Shown: in pieces, positions 62,560 through 64,000 of the stretch
How positions within the stretch are numbered: the stretch's first letter is position 1
How the letters are laid out: each line of letters begins with the position of its first letter
Notes under the pieces: model-generated
Seen by the model: the letters and a program-made list of their open reading frames with translations, nothing else
Database searches by the model: none
Told to the model about the DNA's origin: nothing
Position numbers and translations under genes: made by a program
NCBI GenBank assembly: GCA_030248215.1
Contig: JASANG010002574.1
Location: 186,001 to 250,000, forward strand
Reading direction: 5' to 3'
From: Enoplolaimus lenunculus
Lineage: Eukaryota
Length of the DNA stretch: 64,000 bases

Positions 62560-62819
62560 ATCGCTGCGATGAATGCAGACATTTGCACTGTAAATTCTAA
62601 TGAGTTGATTAATCAATCCCAGCTAGCGAATTGGTTAATTCTGAATTAATATCAGTAAACATTAATTCACTATGAGTTGAGTTGACTTTGGGTGGGGTGG
62701 ATAATTAACTCTGAACCAATTGAATCAACTCAAAATTGTGAGTTCTGATTGTCCTAACTCAGACGGAGTGATTCAACTCATTCTGAGTTAAAATCAACTC
62801 ACTGAAATTTACAGTGTGC

Positions 62820-62850
<31 letters not shown>

Positions 62851-63497
62851 TGAAATTACAATTTTTTTATTGTTTTTGCAATATCTGTCGGATAGCATCT
62901 TGTTTGTGCATGCCACGTAGACCTTTGGTTATGATTGCTCAGACTTAGGTACACTTAAACACAGGCTTAAACATAAAAAGCTTAGGCTTTGGTATAACCA
63001 TTTCCTAAACCTAAGCCTTAGCGTGGCGCTATACTTTTGACGACGTCCCGTATCAGTCCGGCATCGTCCAACAACGCCGGTGTATTGACGCTTGGCACAG
63101 TGTATCAATTTGTAAACCAGTGATTTTAAAGGCGCGGCGTCGCTGAGCGTCTACAGACGTCGCCGGACGACGCCACTAAAATCCCCGGTAAGGACAGCGC
63201 CGCACGACAAGTACAGCGCCACCTTAAACCTTTGAGGGGGAAATGTTGAAGAGTTGGATTCACAGTATCTGTCACCATATATTGAGAGACCTTAATCTTA
63301 ATCTGAGACTTATCCGCACTCTTCAAAAATTTACCCACTTGTAAATCGTGTGTCCACATTTTGGCCAATGTAAATACTTTTAGGGGCGCAAAAGTGGACT
63401 CAGCATTTTGCGAAGCCTTTACAACCGAGTGTAAAAGTTAAACGGCTAAAAAGACACGCAAAGGTTATACTTTAACGCAAGTTCCGTAGAAAAATAA

Positions 63498-63756
63498 TGC
63501 TGGGTTCCCGTTACCAATTGTGCGCTTGGTACCTGTTTTGTCACCTACCCATAGCAGGAAGTAGAAACAACTTATATGGGCTACGAGCAGACATCTTGAC
63601 GCTACCCATACAGGTAGGTCAGTATTTCGAAAACCTAGCTATGCGTAACATTTTATTTGCTGTTGGTATCCATATGGGTAGCAAAATAGTGTGTATCGCT
63701 ATGGGCACAGTGACAAAACAGGTTCCAAGCGCGCAATTGCTAACGTGAACCCAGCA
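63498..63756. mobile_element. PIF/Harbinger-like MITE related to the 1019-1843 TIR
   Basis: TAA|TGCTGGGTTCCCGTTA ... TAACGTGAACCCAGCA|TAA. The right end plus flank is duplicated in tandem (138-bp period, to about 63928). Confidence 0.8.
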
Positions 63757-64000
63757 TAAGACACTTATAAAAGTCATATGGGGACCATATTTATTTTTTG
63801 TTGGTATCCATATGGGTAGCAAAATAGTGTGCATCGCTATGGGCACAGTGACAAAACAGGTTCCAAGCGCGCAATTGCAAACGTGAACCCAGCATAAGAC
63901 ACTTATAAGTCATATGGGGACCATATTTTAAGATATTAGGATTAATTAATAATCACTAAAAAATGACAAATTCTATTTTTCATTTTGAACACTGCAAAAA

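Larger units (their letters stand above)
57680..62816. repeat. Dense cluster of about 11 family B MITEs
   Basis: Full copies at 58961-59211, 60144-60391, 60459-60670, 61284-61533, 61905-62155 and 62586-62816. Partial or degenerate copies at about 57680-57859, 59385-59560, 59634-59888, 59890-60127 and 60915-61153. Confidence 0.85.

Noticed and set aside
1..64000. Autonomous transposase or reverse-transcriptase gene
   Set aside because: No ORF with DDE or RT motifs. All mobile elements seen are non-autonomous or decayed.

Overview
AT-rich, intron-containing animal genomic DNA. It is most likely from a nematode, because TTAGGC repeats are abundant, TTTCAG-type acceptors sit just upstream of several start codons, and there are CPG4-like Cys domains. 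Manual splicing gives a cluster of about 7 genes. Six have a predicted signal peptide and the seventh is 5'-incomplete. They are: two intronless CPG4-like Cys-repeat proteins (+, 4916-5623 and 12807-13982); three two-exon minus-strand genes whose first coding exon is just a signal peptide (a 74-aa peptide, a 560-aa protein with Ser/Glu 28-aa repeats and a poly-Lys tail, and a 211-aa Lys/Arg-rich protein); a 10-exon, 865-aa NIDO-EGF-vWA-EGF matrix protein whose ATG appears split by an intron (39600-52661, -); and the last two exons of a PAN/apple-domain gene (+). Intergenic DNA and introns are packed with non-autonomous DNA transposons (MITEs) from at least six families, separated by their terminal inverted repeats (TIRs) and target-site duplications (TSDs). 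About 30 copies of a GGCC-ended, 8-bp-TSD element carry telomeric TTAGGC repeats, and a TTAA/CCC piggyBac-like element carries a tRNA-like Pol III cassette. A 49-unit interstitial (GCCTAA)n array lies in an intron of the NIDO gene. No transposase, rRNA, intact tRNA gene or CRISPR array was found. All gene models, domain names and family assignments were made by eye and have not been checked against databases.
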